From a virus, in the IMG/VR virus record IMGVR_UViG_3300017971_000228, positions 1 through 64,000 of that record: DNA of 64,000 nucleotides; one strand, given 5' to 3'. This document shows positions 18,169 to 27,344 of this stretch, in pieces. Positions within the stretch are counted from its first letter, which is position 1. Every line of letters starts with the position of its first letter. The translations under genes were made by a program, and so were the position numbers. The notes under the pieces are model-generated. The model made no database searches, was not told where the DNA came from, and worked only from the letters and a program-made list of their open reading frames with translations.

Positions 18169-18980
18169 TGCTGAGTCTCAAGGAGCAACACGAACGGATG
18201 TTGTACCCGGAAGTGCGAGTGCGATCCGGCAAAGCGATGGGGTCGGGAACGATTCTGTACTCAGCCCCTCTGCCCGAAAGTGACGATGGCCGTCACGAGA
18301 CCTACATTCTGACCAATGAACACGTAGTGGACGATCTCATCAAGGTCGAGACCAAGTGGTCGGCGCTGCTGAAGCGGGAGCGCAAGGTAGATGTGCTGGG
18401 GACGCCTTCCATCGAGGTATTCACCTATGACTTCATGAGCCGCGTCATCGGTGGCACGATGTACCAAACGGACATCGTGTGTTACGACAAGGACGAGGAC
18501 TTGGCGTTGCTGCGGGTTCGGGCGCCTAACCAGTTCCCGCACGTCGCTGAGATGTATCCCAGGGCTGAAGTGGACGAGCTGAAGTCCTTCATGCCGGTGG
18601 TAACGGTTGGCTGTGGATTGGGTGCGAAGCCGGTCATCACCTTTGGCTACATCTCTGGGTTTGGGTACGAGATAGAGAACCGCGATTTTGTCCTCATGAG
18701 TGCAGCGAGTATCTTCGGAAACTCCGGTGGGGCTACCTTCCTGCTGGATACGGGGCAGTTCATCGGCGTTCCTTCGCGGCTGGCGGTGAACTGGGGCGAT
18801 GCGATTACGCATTGCAGCTATTCAATACCTGTGTGGAGGGTATACCAGTTCCTAGAGGATCAGGTATTCCACTTCGTCTTTGACGATTCCGTGACTAGCG
18901 CAGAGTGTGAGGAAATGCGTCGGGCGAAGCGGGAGAACGAAGAGTACCAGATGTTGGCAGAGGATCGGGGCAAGAACTAG
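18165..18980 (+). CDS. Trypsin-like serine protease (S1)
   Basis: Catalytic triad motifs TNEHVV, DLALL, GNSGG. Confidence 0.88.
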   Translation: MMLSLKEQHERMLYPEVRVRSGKAMGSGTILYSAPLPESDDGRHETYILTNEHVVDDLIKVETKWSALLKRERKVDVLGTPSIEVFTYDFMSRVIGGTMYQTDIVCYDKDEDLALLRVRAPNQFPHVAEMYPRAEVDELKSFMPVVTVGCGLGAKPVITFGYISGFGYEIENRDFVLMSAASIFGNSGGATFLLDTGQFIGVPSRLAVNWGDAITHCSYSIPVWRVYQFLEDQVFHFVFDDSVTSAECEEMRRAKRENEEYQMLAEDRGKN

Positions 18981-19106
18981 GGGTCACCTGCTGGGCCAGC
19001 ATGTCTAGTACATTCAGAGACAACACAGAACTTTGGGCGCGAGGTCTGCGCGGGTTCTAAACGGTGACGAGCGGAGGCATGGCTGGCCCAGCTTGACAAG
19101 GAATCA

Positions 19107-19391
19107 TTGATGGGATTATTGGCGCAACTGAACAAGGCCACCGAAGACTACCACCGTCGCCTAGTAGACCAACTCCGCCCCTTCGTGAGCCGTCATACTT
19201 TCGAGCACGCTCATCGCAGGGCACGGGGGTATGCTGGTGGACGGGCGAGTCCGAAGCAGCCTACAGGACTAGTAGATGCGTTGAACTCAGGCGTCTTGCG
19301 GCAAGCGTCAGACAAGGATCTGCTGAAGCTGTATGAGATGGTGCAGCAGTTGTCAGTAGTAGAGGAACAAGAAGATGACCTTACTGACTAG
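19107..19391 (+). CDS. Hypothetical protein
   Basis: Packed ORF; LLAQLNKA motif shared with 19375-20289. Confidence 0.55.
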   Translation: MMGLLAQLNKATEDYHRRLVDQLRPFVSRHTFEHAHRRARGYAGGRASPKQPTGLVDALNSGVLRQASDKDLLKLYEMVQQLSVVEEQEDDLTD

Positions 19392-20289
19392 ACTCAACAA
19401 AGGACCAACTCTATCCTCCCTCCACGTCAACCAGCCGATAGGCGCTGACGGACCGCCGCTGGAATGGCCCGAATGGGACTGGGAAGCGGTCCGTGGTGCT
19501 ATTCTGGAAGAGATGGAGAGGCGGGGGATGGAGATTGTAGACAAAGACGATGGCTTGGAGGGGGACGGGGTAGAGAAGGGCTACGAAGTCCCCATCGTCA
19601 AGTATGATGACTTCAAGGGGCTCGTGTACGGGGTTGTACTTGAACCAGGATCGGTGGATTCTCAGGGTGACATTATCTCCGAGGAAGAAATCGAGAAGGC
19701 TTGCCACGACTTCATGCGACGCGGGCATCGGCTGGATCTCCAGCACCACCGTGACGTTCAGGACGACGAAGCTGAAGTCGTCGAGAACTACATTGCGCCA
19801 GGGGACTTCGAAGGTGTGAAGAAGGGTTCCTGGGTGATGGTGACTCAACTCAAGACGGATGAATTCAAGAAGCAGGCCCAGGAAGGTGAGATAGCCTTCT
19901 ACAGCATTCGGGGGCGGGGGATGCGACAGAGCGTGGAGCTGGGGGTAGAAAAGGCGGAGACGGTAGAGGAAGTGCTGACGCTGCTGGCCCAACTCAACAA
20001 AGCCTCCTTCACCAACGACGCCTGGGACAAGAGCGTGACGAACCGGCTCAGCGCGGCGGAGTACTGCCGGTGCTGTCTGGTGGACGGGAACGCTCCAGGC
20101 GAAGAGAAGGTGAAGGCAAAGTGCAAGCTCCCCATCCGCGCCACGCCAGGGGGACCCATCTACCGGGCGGCACTGCGTAACGCGGCCTCGCGCATCTCCC
20201 AGATGACGGAAGTGTCGGCTGAGGATCGAGCCAAAGCAGCCAGACGATTGGAGAACCTGAAGCAGCAGGCGGGGGTGGGCGAGGAGTGA
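19375..20289 (+). CDS. XkdF-like prohead protease with extra C-terminal domain
   Basis: LVYGVVLEPGSVDSQGD..EIEKACHDF, DLQH, VENYIAP, KKGSWVM, YSIRG. Confidence 0.85.
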   Translation: MTLLTRLNKGPTLSSLHVNQPIGADGPPLEWPEWDWEAVRGAILEEMERRGMEIVDKDDGLEGDGVEKGYEVPIVKYDDFKGLVYGVVLEPGSVDSQGDIISEEEIEKACHDFMRRGHRLDLQHHRDVQDDEAEVVENYIAPGDFEGVKKGSWVMVTQLKTDEFKKQAQEGEIAFYSIRGRGMRQSVELGVEKAETVEEVLTLLAQLNKASFTNDAWDKSVTNRLSAAEYCRCCLVDGNAPGEEKVKAKCKLPIRATPGGPIYRAALRNAASRISQMTEVSAEDRAKAARRLENLKQQAGVGEE

Positions 20290-20468
20290 ACGCAGAACCC
20301 GCCCGACGCTGGGAGCTGGCACCGCAGGTGACACGTTCCATCTTCACCGATCAGGTAATGGGCATCTGGCTGCGACCTGGGGAGTATGTTCGCTGGAAGC
20401 TACTGAAGATGCCGGACGGGACCAGGGAGGTGATTGGGTACAAGATCATCTCCCGACTCAACGCCTAG
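20286..20468 (+). CDS. Hypothetical protein
   Basis: Packed ORF. Confidence 0.5.
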   Translation: MNAEPARRWELAPQVTRSIFTDQVMGIWLRPGEYVRWKLLKMPDGTREVIGYKIISRLNA

Positions 20469-20469
20469 C

Positions 20470-21063
20470 ATGGGCTATCACTGGGCGCCGGATGACAGCT
20501 ACAAAGAAGGGTGGCAGCGGGCAAGGGAGACCGTAGCGCGGGTAGTCCGGAACTCGGTGGGCGTCCCCTCCAGCAAGGGTGAGGTGCTGTACGTGGCGGC
20601 GCGGTACGGCCTCGGCGAGGGACGGGTGGTAGAGATCGGCGCAGCCTACGGGCGATCTGCCATCTACCTGGCCAGCGGGACCAGAGACGGCAACCGTGGG
20701 AAGGTATGGAGCGTGGACCCGCACACGGAGTATCGGAGTGGTGAGGCGTTCCTTCAGAACCTGCGCGAAGCCGACCTAATCAACTGGGTAGTGCCGCTGG
20801 TCTGCACGTCACGGGAAGCGTATCTGGGGTGGGATGGAAGCCCCATTCGGGTACTGTTTGTGGACGGCGACCATTCGACTTCAGCGGCGAGAGAGGATCT
20901 GGGGTGGTGGGTGCCGCTAGTGGTTCCCGGCGGGGTGGTCATCGTAGACGATTACGGGAGCTATAGCAGCGTGGCCACGGCGGTGGATGAGTTCTGTCGG
21001 GCGGAAGGATATGAAGTGGCCGTATGCGATCAGATGGCGATACTGAGTGTAAAGGAGGACTGA
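20470..21063 (+). CDS. Class I SAM methyltransferase (Methyltransf_24-like)
   Basis: VVEIGAAYGRSA, SVDPH, LFVDGDHS, PGGVVIVDDY. Confidence 0.88.
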   Translation: MGYHWAPDDSYKEGWQRARETVARVVRNSVGVPSSKGEVLYVAARYGLGEGRVVEIGAAYGRSAIYLASGTRDGNRGKVWSVDPHTEYRSGEAFLQNLREADLINWVVPLVCTSREAYLGWDGSPIRVLFVDGDHSTSAAREDLGWWVPLVVPGGVVIVDDYGSYSSVATAVDEFCRAEGYEVAVCDQMAILSVKED

Positions 21064-21079
21064 ACTGAGCGAAAAGAAG

Positions 21080-22411
21080 GTGTTACTGGTGTACCCTCAC
21101 GTCCGCCCCTACATGGCGGACAAATGGATTCCCACGTCTCACGTATTTCTAGCCTCATCGCTATTGGCCCTGGGCTACGAACCTATCCTCATAGACGACC
21201 GATTCAGCAGAGAGCGCACATTATCATTATTGGCCCGGCACCTGGATGATGCACTGTTGGTGGGCATCGGGACGGCGACGGGTTCCCAGCTGCGGAACGC
21301 CCAGGACCTGGCCAGGTGGTGCAAGGAGAAGCGACCGGACGTTCCAGTCGTCTTCGGGGGGCCCTTCCCCTCAGCGAAGCCGGACCTGATGCTGGAGAGT
21401 CCCTACGTGGACGCGGTGGTGACGGGGCAGGGAGAGTGGGCGCTGCCGTACCTGTGCGAGTCCTTCCACGAAGGGGTGGTCCGGGGCCAGCGGGTGAACA
21501 TCGACAACCTGCCACCGCTGCCCTATGCGGACAGAGAGTTCATGCGGGTGAAGGACTATCTCAATCCGTACACGGTGGCCCTCAACTTCGCCACGTCGTC
21601 GGGGTGCGTGGGACACTGTGGGTTCTGCTACTGGCATGAGGACTACGGGTATAGTCGATTCTCTGCCGGCAGGGTAGGGCGCAACCTGGAACTGTTGGTG
21701 GACGCCTTCGGGATCGAGAACGTCCAGTTCGATGACGGGACGTTCTTCGTGGGACAGAAGCGGACTATGGAGATCGTGGAGGCCATCGCCGGACTGGGCA
21801 TCCGCTGGCGGGCCAACGGAAGAGTGGACACGCTGGCCAGCTTCCGGGAGGGGGATTGGTGGCGGATTGCGGAGGCAGGTTGCCACCTGATCCACATCGG
21901 GTTGGAGCATGTGTCGGGGCGGATTCTGGCGCTGATGGACAAGCGCATCGACCCGGTAGGCTGTCTACCTATCGTGCGACGGGCAAAGGAAGTGGGGATT
22001 GGGGTGCGGTTCCACCTGCTGCTGGGGAACCCCACGGAGACGGTAGAGGACCTGGAAGCAGTAGGGGAATGGCTGGCGCAGATGCTGGAAGCCTACCCTG
22101 ATCTGGACTACACCTGCAACTGGTTCACGCCGTACCCCGGATGCGCGATGACGGAAATCGCCAAGCGTCATGGCTACCGAGAACCAACGACGCTGGAGGG
22201 GTTCGAGCGGCTGGAGCTGGCAAACTACGTAGCACTACCCGAAGACGACCGCGAGATTATCAAAGAGACGTCGCCCTGGGAAGTGGACTACAGAGTCCCA
22301 TGGTTCACGGATGAGGAAAACGCGGAGTACATGCAGACCTTTCGGCGGGTGATTCCGCAGAGAGGGACGATTGAGACGACGGGAGGAAAGCGAGATGAGA
22401 TCTACGCCTGA
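21080..22411 (+). CDS. B12-binding radical SAM protein
   Basis: VVFGGPFP, VTGQGE, SSGCVGHCGFC (CxxxCxxC), FDDGTF, IGLEH, TPYPG. Confidence 0.92.
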   Translation: MLLVYPHVRPYMADKWIPTSHVFLASSLLALGYEPILIDDRFSRERTLSLLARHLDDALLVGIGTATGSQLRNAQDLARWCKEKRPDVPVVFGGPFPSAKPDLMLESPYVDAVVTGQGEWALPYLCESFHEGVVRGQRVNIDNLPPLPYADREFMRVKDYLNPYTVALNFATSSGCVGHCGFCYWHEDYGYSRFSAGRVGRNLELLVDAFGIENVQFDDGTFFVGQKRTMEIVEAIAGLGIRWRANGRVDTLASFREGDWWRIAEAGCHLIHIGLEHVSGRILALMDKRIDPVGCLPIVRRAKEVGIGVRFHLLLGNPTETVEDLEAVGEWLAQMLEAYPDLDYTCNWFTPYPGCAMTEIAKRHGYREPTTLEGFERLELANYVALPEDDREIIKETSPWEVDYRVPWFTDEENAEYMQTFRRVIPQRGTIETTGGKRDEIYA

Positions 22412-23258
22412 CACCGTCTGCATCTTCCTGGGGCCGCTGAACAACCTGACGACGCTGACGGCGACGGCGCTGGCCTTCCATCCGAATGTACAGGTGCTGA
22501 ATCATGGGGCACGGTATCTGTGGGAAGCGCGGGGGTGTAACTTCCTGTGTGACTTCACCGAAGCCAACTACCAGCGATTCATTGACGAGGCCGTTACCCT
22601 GTCGCTATCATCAGGTCTGTGCCGCTATGATGGGGGGTCCATTCTCTCCTCGCATACTTTCGAGGGGAACCCGGAGATGATTGCCCGCTACATTGAGATG
22701 CACGGTTCGGGCAGTCTCAAGGATGATATCCGGTGTTTGGTATGGAAGGACCCGATGGAAGTGGAGCGGATGATTGAGGGGACGATGCTGGACTTTCACC
22801 GGCTCTTCGCGCAGGATGGAGGCCGACTGCGGTTCCTGCTACCGATTCGCAATCCTCTGGATACGATGGTATCCATATCGAATGGCCAGCACTGGAAGCT
22901 GTTACAGGGGCTGAACAACAACGAACTCAGCCCCATTCTAAACCGTCTCTTCGCCATGATTCGCCGGTTTCTGAACCGAGAGAGGGACTTCCCCAAGAGG
23001 TTCTTCCACTTCACTCAGAGCGAGTTTGCAGAAACGGAGACATTACAGGCACTGGCAGAGTTCCTGCGGCTGGAACCGGACGAGGGGTGGATGGAGGTAT
23101 GCAAGGACATCTGGCAGATAAGACCATCCTATGCGCTGGATGAGACCAGTCGGAAGATCTATGCCCTTATCAGCAGGCTACAGTTGAGCCAGTTCCCGGA
23201 GGATATGGGCAAGCTGATGGGCTTCGCTGAACTAGAGGGGACGAGGCCGTTGCCATGA
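22395..23258 (+). CDS. Sulfotransferase-like protein
   Basis: FLGPLNNLTTLTATALAFHP (PAPS-loop-like), PIRNPLD, LAEFL. Confidence 0.6.
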   Translation: MRSTPDTVCIFLGPLNNLTTLTATALAFHPNVQVLNHGARYLWEARGCNFLCDFTEANYQRFIDEAVTLSLSSGLCRYDGGSILSSHTFEGNPEMIARYIEMHGSGSLKDDIRCLVWKDPMEVERMIEGTMLDFHRLFAQDGGRLRFLLPIRNPLDTMVSISNGQHWKLLQGLNNNELSPILNRLFAMIRRFLNRERDFPKRFFHFTQSEFAETETLQALAEFLRLEPDEGWMEVCKDIWQIRPSYALDETSRKIYALISRLQLSQFPEDMGKLMGFAELEGTRPLP

Positions 23259-24145
23259 ACCCCAACACGCTCTGCCTGTTCCTGGGGCCCTATCGGAACC
23301 TGACATCACTGACGGCAGTGATGCTGTGGCTTCATCCTCAGTGCCAGGTGCTGAACCATGGCTACCGGCTGGTGGGCGGGGAGCGGATGAGATGGTTCCT
23401 GACGGCTGAGGACTCGGAGCGGTTCAACATTTTCATTCGCTTGCTTACTGAGCTATCGACGCAGGTAGTGGACAAAGAAGAGTGCAGCCCACACGTCCTG
23501 CAGGTAGTCCAGGACAACGCAGGGGTAGAGGACGCCTTCGGACGGCTGCATGGCGTTCCACCGGTGGCGATGGTAAAAGACCCGATGAAGTGTCTGGTGT
23601 GGAAGGAAAGCCAGCTGGTGATGAACGAGCTGCTGGCGATAGACATCCAGTGGGATGAACTCTTCGCCCAGAACAGCAAGCTACGGTTCATCATGCCCTT
23701 CCGCAACCCCATGGAATGTGCGGTATCGAACCACCGGCAGCGCAAGTGGATCTTCTTCTTGGGGCTCAACGACAACGACCCCCTACTGATGCTCAGGGCG
23801 GTGCTGGCAGAGTTTGCCTGGTTCGTAGGAATGGAGCAGCGGTACCCGGAACGGTTCTTCCACTTCTACGAAGACCTGACGGCGGAGACACTGACAGAGC
23901 TACAGCAGTTCCTGGGTCTGGACTACCATCAGGAGTGGGTGGATACGGTGTTGGGACTGTGGAAGATCCGCCATCCCTACCTATTCTCATTCGAATTCGT
24001 CCAGTACTATCTGCACATGGTACGCCTGCACTTCGGGGCGTGGCCGGAGGAGGAGAAGCGTCTGGTGGACTATGTAGACGGGGGCAGGGTACAGAAGCTG
24101 AGAGGAAGGGACTGGGATCGGGTGGGGCAATATGCCGACAGATAA
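23255..24145 (+). CDS. Sulfotransferase-like protein (paralogue)
   Basis: FLGPYRNLTSLTAVMLWLHP, FRNPME, FYEDL, LQQFLGL. Confidence 0.65.
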   Translation: MNPNTLCLFLGPYRNLTSLTAVMLWLHPQCQVLNHGYRLVGGERMRWFLTAEDSERFNIFIRLLTELSTQVVDKEECSPHVLQVVQDNAGVEDAFGRLHGVPPVAMVKDPMKCLVWKESQLVMNELLAIDIQWDELFAQNSKLRFIMPFRNPMECAVSNHRQRKWIFFLGLNDNDPLLMLRAVLAEFAWFVGMEQRYPERFFHFYEDLTAETLTELQQFLGLDYHQEWVDTVLGLWKIRHPYLFSFEFVQYYLHMVRLHFGAWPEEEKRLVDYVDGGRVQKLRGRDWDRVGQYADR

Positions 24146-25262
24146 CGGCAAGACACCCTACAATGTCCTGCTGCTGGTAGTGGACTGCCTGCGCTACGAT
24201 CATCTGCCGCTATTCGAGAGGACGCTGGGGCATCTGGGGACGAAGGTGTGGTTCTCCAATGCCTGGAGCATGGCCCCGATGAGTGACCCGAACTTTGCTA
24301 CGCTGATGACAGGCCAGCATTCAGATACCCACGGGGTACTGACGCAATGCATGGACACGGAGCTGATGACGCTGCAGGAGGCGTTGAGCTGGCGGGGGTA
24401 CAACACGCTGGGGGGTAGTGTGAGGTATTCAGGGGGGCCACCCGAGGGGCTGAGCGGCTTCTACTTCCGCGGCTTCGATGAATGGATATGGCTGAAGTGG
24501 CTTGACTTTGATTCGCTGGCAGTAGCGGAACGGATAGGGGCCTTGGAGCGTCCCTGGTTCGCCATGCTGCGACCGATGGACCTACATGAATCAGCACCGC
24601 AGAAGTACGACTATGATCGCTGCTGCCGCGATCTGGACCAGCGCCTGGATCTTCTACTGGGCATGGTAGTAGAAGAGAATACGGTAGTGGTCCTCACCGC
24701 CGACCATGGCCAAGGGCTGGGAGAACGGGGCATGTGGCACCATCGAGAGGGACTATGGCAGTTTCTATCACACGTGCCGGTCGTGTATGCTCACCCATCC
24801 TTTCATGCCAGGGAATGCGGGGCGCTGTACCAGCACATGGACACCACGGCGACGATTGCCGGGCTGTGCGGAGCGGACTTCGAGACCCAGGGCATCGACT
24901 GGTCACGGTACCTGACGGATACGCTGGTTCCGGACCGCATGCGGGAGTACGTGATTCTGTATTCCATGGGGTCGGAGAAGAGGGCGCACCTGGAGTTCTC
25001 AAAGCTATGGCGATATCGAGCCATCCGAAGCTACTTCTGGTCCTACTATGAGAGTCGCCGGCAGGGGGAAGAGGGGGAGCCGGAGCTGTACTTCACGCTC
25101 ACCGATCCGCTGGAAGAACACAACCTAGCGACTCTCAAGCCGACGGATAAGCTGGCGGCGCAGTGGTCACAGATGCTGAACTGGCCTGAAGATGGGGGCT
25201 ACACAGCGGAGGAAGAGGAAGTGGTTTTGGAGCGATTGAGGGCGATTGGGTACGCAGATTGA
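24132..25262 (+). CDS. Sulfatase / alkaline-phosphatase superfamily protein
   Basis: NVLLLVVDCLRYDHL, SDPNFATLMTG, TADHG, HVP, DPLEEHNL, ERLRAIGY. Confidence 0.85.
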   Translation: MPTDNGKTPYNVLLLVVDCLRYDHLPLFERTLGHLGTKVWFSNAWSMAPMSDPNFATLMTGQHSDTHGVLTQCMDTELMTLQEALSWRGYNTLGGSVRYSGGPPEGLSGFYFRGFDEWIWLKWLDFDSLAVAERIGALERPWFAMLRPMDLHESAPQKYDYDRCCRDLDQRLDLLLGMVVEENTVVVLTADHGQGLGERGMWHHREGLWQFLSHVPVVYAHPSFHARECGALYQHMDTTATIAGLCGADFETQGIDWSRYLTDTLVPDRMREYVILYSMGSEKRAHLEFSKLWRYRAIRSYFWSYYESRRQGEEGEPELYFTLTDPLEEHNLATLKPTDKLAAQWSQMLNWPEDGGYTAEEEEVVLERLRAIGYAD

Positions 25263-25289
25263 TGAGTTTGGACGTTTTGTAGTGGATTC

Positions 25290-25318
25290 TTGACATCCTG
25301 AAAGGAATCTGCTATTAT
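25290..25318 (+). promoter_or_regulatory. Sigma70-type promoter upstream of the scaffold/capsid block
   Basis: TTGACA-17 nt-TATTAT. Confidence 0.7.
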
Positions 25319-25325
25319 AGACTCG

Positions 25326-25350
25326 TACATCGTGCATTATGCACGATGTA
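25326..25350. promoter_or_regulatory. Perfect 12-bp inverted repeat (operator or 5' hairpin)
   Basis: TACATCGTGCAT-T-ATGCACGATGTA. Confidence 0.6.
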
Positions 25351-25369
25351 TCAACGGAATAGCCGTGTG

Positions 25370-25419
25370 CTGAGAAGTTCGGGCGACTCAGATCCAACGA
25401 GTCGCCCTTTTTTTGTTGC
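25370..25419 (+). terminator. Intrinsic terminator with competing antiterminator stem (leader copy 2)
   Basis: GGGCGACTC/GAGTCGCCC plus T7-GTTGC; alternative CTGAG/CTCAG pairing. Confidence 0.8.
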
Positions 25420-25430
25420 CAGGGGGGCCT

Positions 25431-26183
25431 ATGCCTGAAAAGGTGACGGAACTATTCGACGTTGAGGTGGAAACGGTGGGCCTTGTGAAACGCGGGGCCA
25501 ACAAGAGACCATGGTTTCTGATGAAATCAGAGGAGGGCAATACTATGGCAGAGGAAAAGGACGTGCTCGAAGTTCTCACCGAAATCGAGCAGGTCGAAGA
25601 GGGCGATCTGGAGATCAAGCACGTCCGCGGGCTTGCCAGCATCGTCAAGGGGCTGTTTGGTTTGACGACCAAGGAGCCAGAGCCTGAGCCAGAACCCGAG
25701 CCTGAGCCAGAACCGGAACCAGAGTTGGATGTGAGTGCCAGGTTGGATGCGCTAGAGAAGGCACACCAGACGGCGCTGGAGAAGGCGATGGTTGAGGTGG
25801 AGAAGGCACAGGCGGAGGCGGCGGAGGCCAAGGCGCAGGCGGCTGAGATGGCTGAGGCGAAGCGCAAGGTAGAGCTGGAGCCCATTGCCAAGAGTGCGGG
25901 GATGGACGTGGACATCTTCTATCGCCTGGAGAAGATGGACAAGGAGATCTTTGACGCAGTGACGGAGCGGTTCCGGGCACTGGACGCCCAGGTGACTGAA
26001 GCGGGCCTCTTCGAAGAGAAGGGCAGCACCCAGGCGGGTGAGCAGGATCCCAGCCAGCTGATTCTCAATCGGGCGGCTGAGCTCCAGAAGTCAGGCATGT
26101 CCGCTGATGAAGCCATTGCGGCTGCGGCCAGGGAAACGGGTGGGTATGGTGAAGCCCGCAACCAGGCCATGGAGGGTAAGTAA
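25431..26183 (+). CDS. Capsid scaffolding-like protein
   Basis: EVETVGLVKRGAN N-terminus, (PE)n linker, acidic coiled coil; upstream of the capsid genes. Confidence 0.7.
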   Translation: MPEKVTELFDVEVETVGLVKRGANKRPWFLMKSEEGNTMAEEKDVLEVLTEIEQVEEGDLEIKHVRGLASIVKGLFGLTTKEPEPEPEPEPEPEPEPELDVSARLDALEKAHQTALEKAMVEVEKAQAEAAEAKAQAAEMAEAKRKVELEPIAKSAGMDVDIFYRLEKMDKEIFDAVTERFRALDAQVTEAGLFEEKGSTQAGEQDPSQLILNRAAELQKSGMSADEAIAAAARETGGYGEARNQAMEGK

Positions 26184-26185
26184 CT

Positions 26186-26605
26186 ATGCCCATTGGAGCC
26201 TTCGATCATATTACCGATTACTTCCCCGGAGTGAACGCATCTCCGGACATGACTGCTAAGCAGTACTACTCGGTGTACCTGGCCAGTGCGACGCAGGTGA
26301 CACTCCCGGACGGATCGGCGTCTGAGTGCCCCATCGGCATCCTTCAGAACGAGCCGGGGTCGGGCATGACGGCCCAGGTGGCCTACCGACCCGGTGACAT
26401 CTGCAAAGCCTTTGCGAGCGTTTCTACATGCCAGATCACCTACTGGAACCCACTCTACGCTGACTCCAGCGGGTATGTCATTCGGCAGGCGACGGCTGGT
26501 TGTCCCGCCTTCGCACGGGCGTTGGTGTCCACTACGGCATCAGGCGTGATCCCGGTCATGCTGTGCAACCCCTGGCGGGTAACTACACCCAGCCTCAACA
26601 GCTAA
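26186..26605 (+). CDS. Capsid cement/decoration protein, copy 1
   Basis: DMTAKQY...PIGILQNEP...LYADSSG; position before MCP. Confidence 0.7.
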   Translation: MPIGAFDHITDYFPGVNASPDMTAKQYYSVYLASATQVTLPDGSASECPIGILQNEPGSGMTAQVAYRPGDICKAFASVSTCQITYWNPLYADSSGYVIRQATAGCPAFARALVSTTASGVIPVMLCNPWRVTTPSLNS

Positions 26606-26619
26606 GGGGGTAAGGGACT

Positions 26620-27039
26620 ATGCCAATCGGGGCGTTTGACCACATAACTGACTACTACCCAGGCGTAAGTGCATCCATCGACTTGACGGCGAAGCAGTAC
26701 CATGCGATGTACCTATCCAGTGCAACTACGGTGACCATTGCCAGGGGTTCGGCTTCGGAGGTCCCGGTAGGGATTCTCCAGAACGAGCCGAACACGGGGC
26801 ATACGGCGCAGGTAGTGTACCGAGAGGGGGACATCTGCAAGGCGTTCGCCAGCGTGACTACTTGCGACATTTCCTACTGGGATGCGCTCTACTCCGATTC
26901 CAGTGGGTACGTCATCAAGCAGGCAACGTCAGGATGTCCGGCCTTCTGCCGGGCCTTGGTAGCGACTACGGCTTCGGGCGTGATTCCCGTCATGGTGTGC
27001 AACCCATGGCGGATCACCACGGCCAGCCACAAGACGTAA
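26620..27039 (+). CDS. Capsid cement/decoration protein, copy 2
   Basis: Same length (139 aa) and highly similar to 26186-26605. Confidence 0.7.
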   Translation: MPIGAFDHITDYYPGVSASIDLTAKQYHAMYLSSATTVTIARGSASEVPVGILQNEPNTGHTAQVVYREGDICKAFASVTTCDISYWDALYSDSSGYVIKQATSGCPAFCRALVATTASGVIPVMVCNPWRITTASHKT

Positions 27040-27082
27040 TTCAACGAATCCTGAGTGATGGACGGATGAGGGGCTGAAGGGT

Positions 27083-27292
27083 ATGAGTAGAGTACAGGTG
27101 AGCTACGTTCATGGGGAGCATCCTTCCACCAGGACGGAAAGCCTGGAGGGATTGAAGGTTGGATTTGAATTTGACGATCCGCGTGATGGAATGTTCAAGA
27201 TCTGGGCGAACAGTGAGGGCAAGGAACAGACATTCTTTGTCCGTGAATCGAATGTAATCTGTTGGGATATTGAGATCGACAAGGCGCGGTGA
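27083..27292 (+). CDS. Hypothetical protein
   Basis: ORF with RBS between decoration genes and MCP. Confidence 0.5.
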   Translation: MSRVQVSYVHGEHPSTRTESLEGLKVGFEFDDPRDGMFKIWANSEGKEQTFFVRESNVICWDIEIDKAR

Positions 27293-27344
27293 ACCGAGAG
27301 GGGGGTTCATCATTTCAGGTGTAGGGCACATAGGAGGATAACCA

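Noticed and set aside
25672-25723. GAGCC(A/T) tandem repeat as a contingency locus
   Set aside because: Encodes an in-frame (PE)n linker with varied codons
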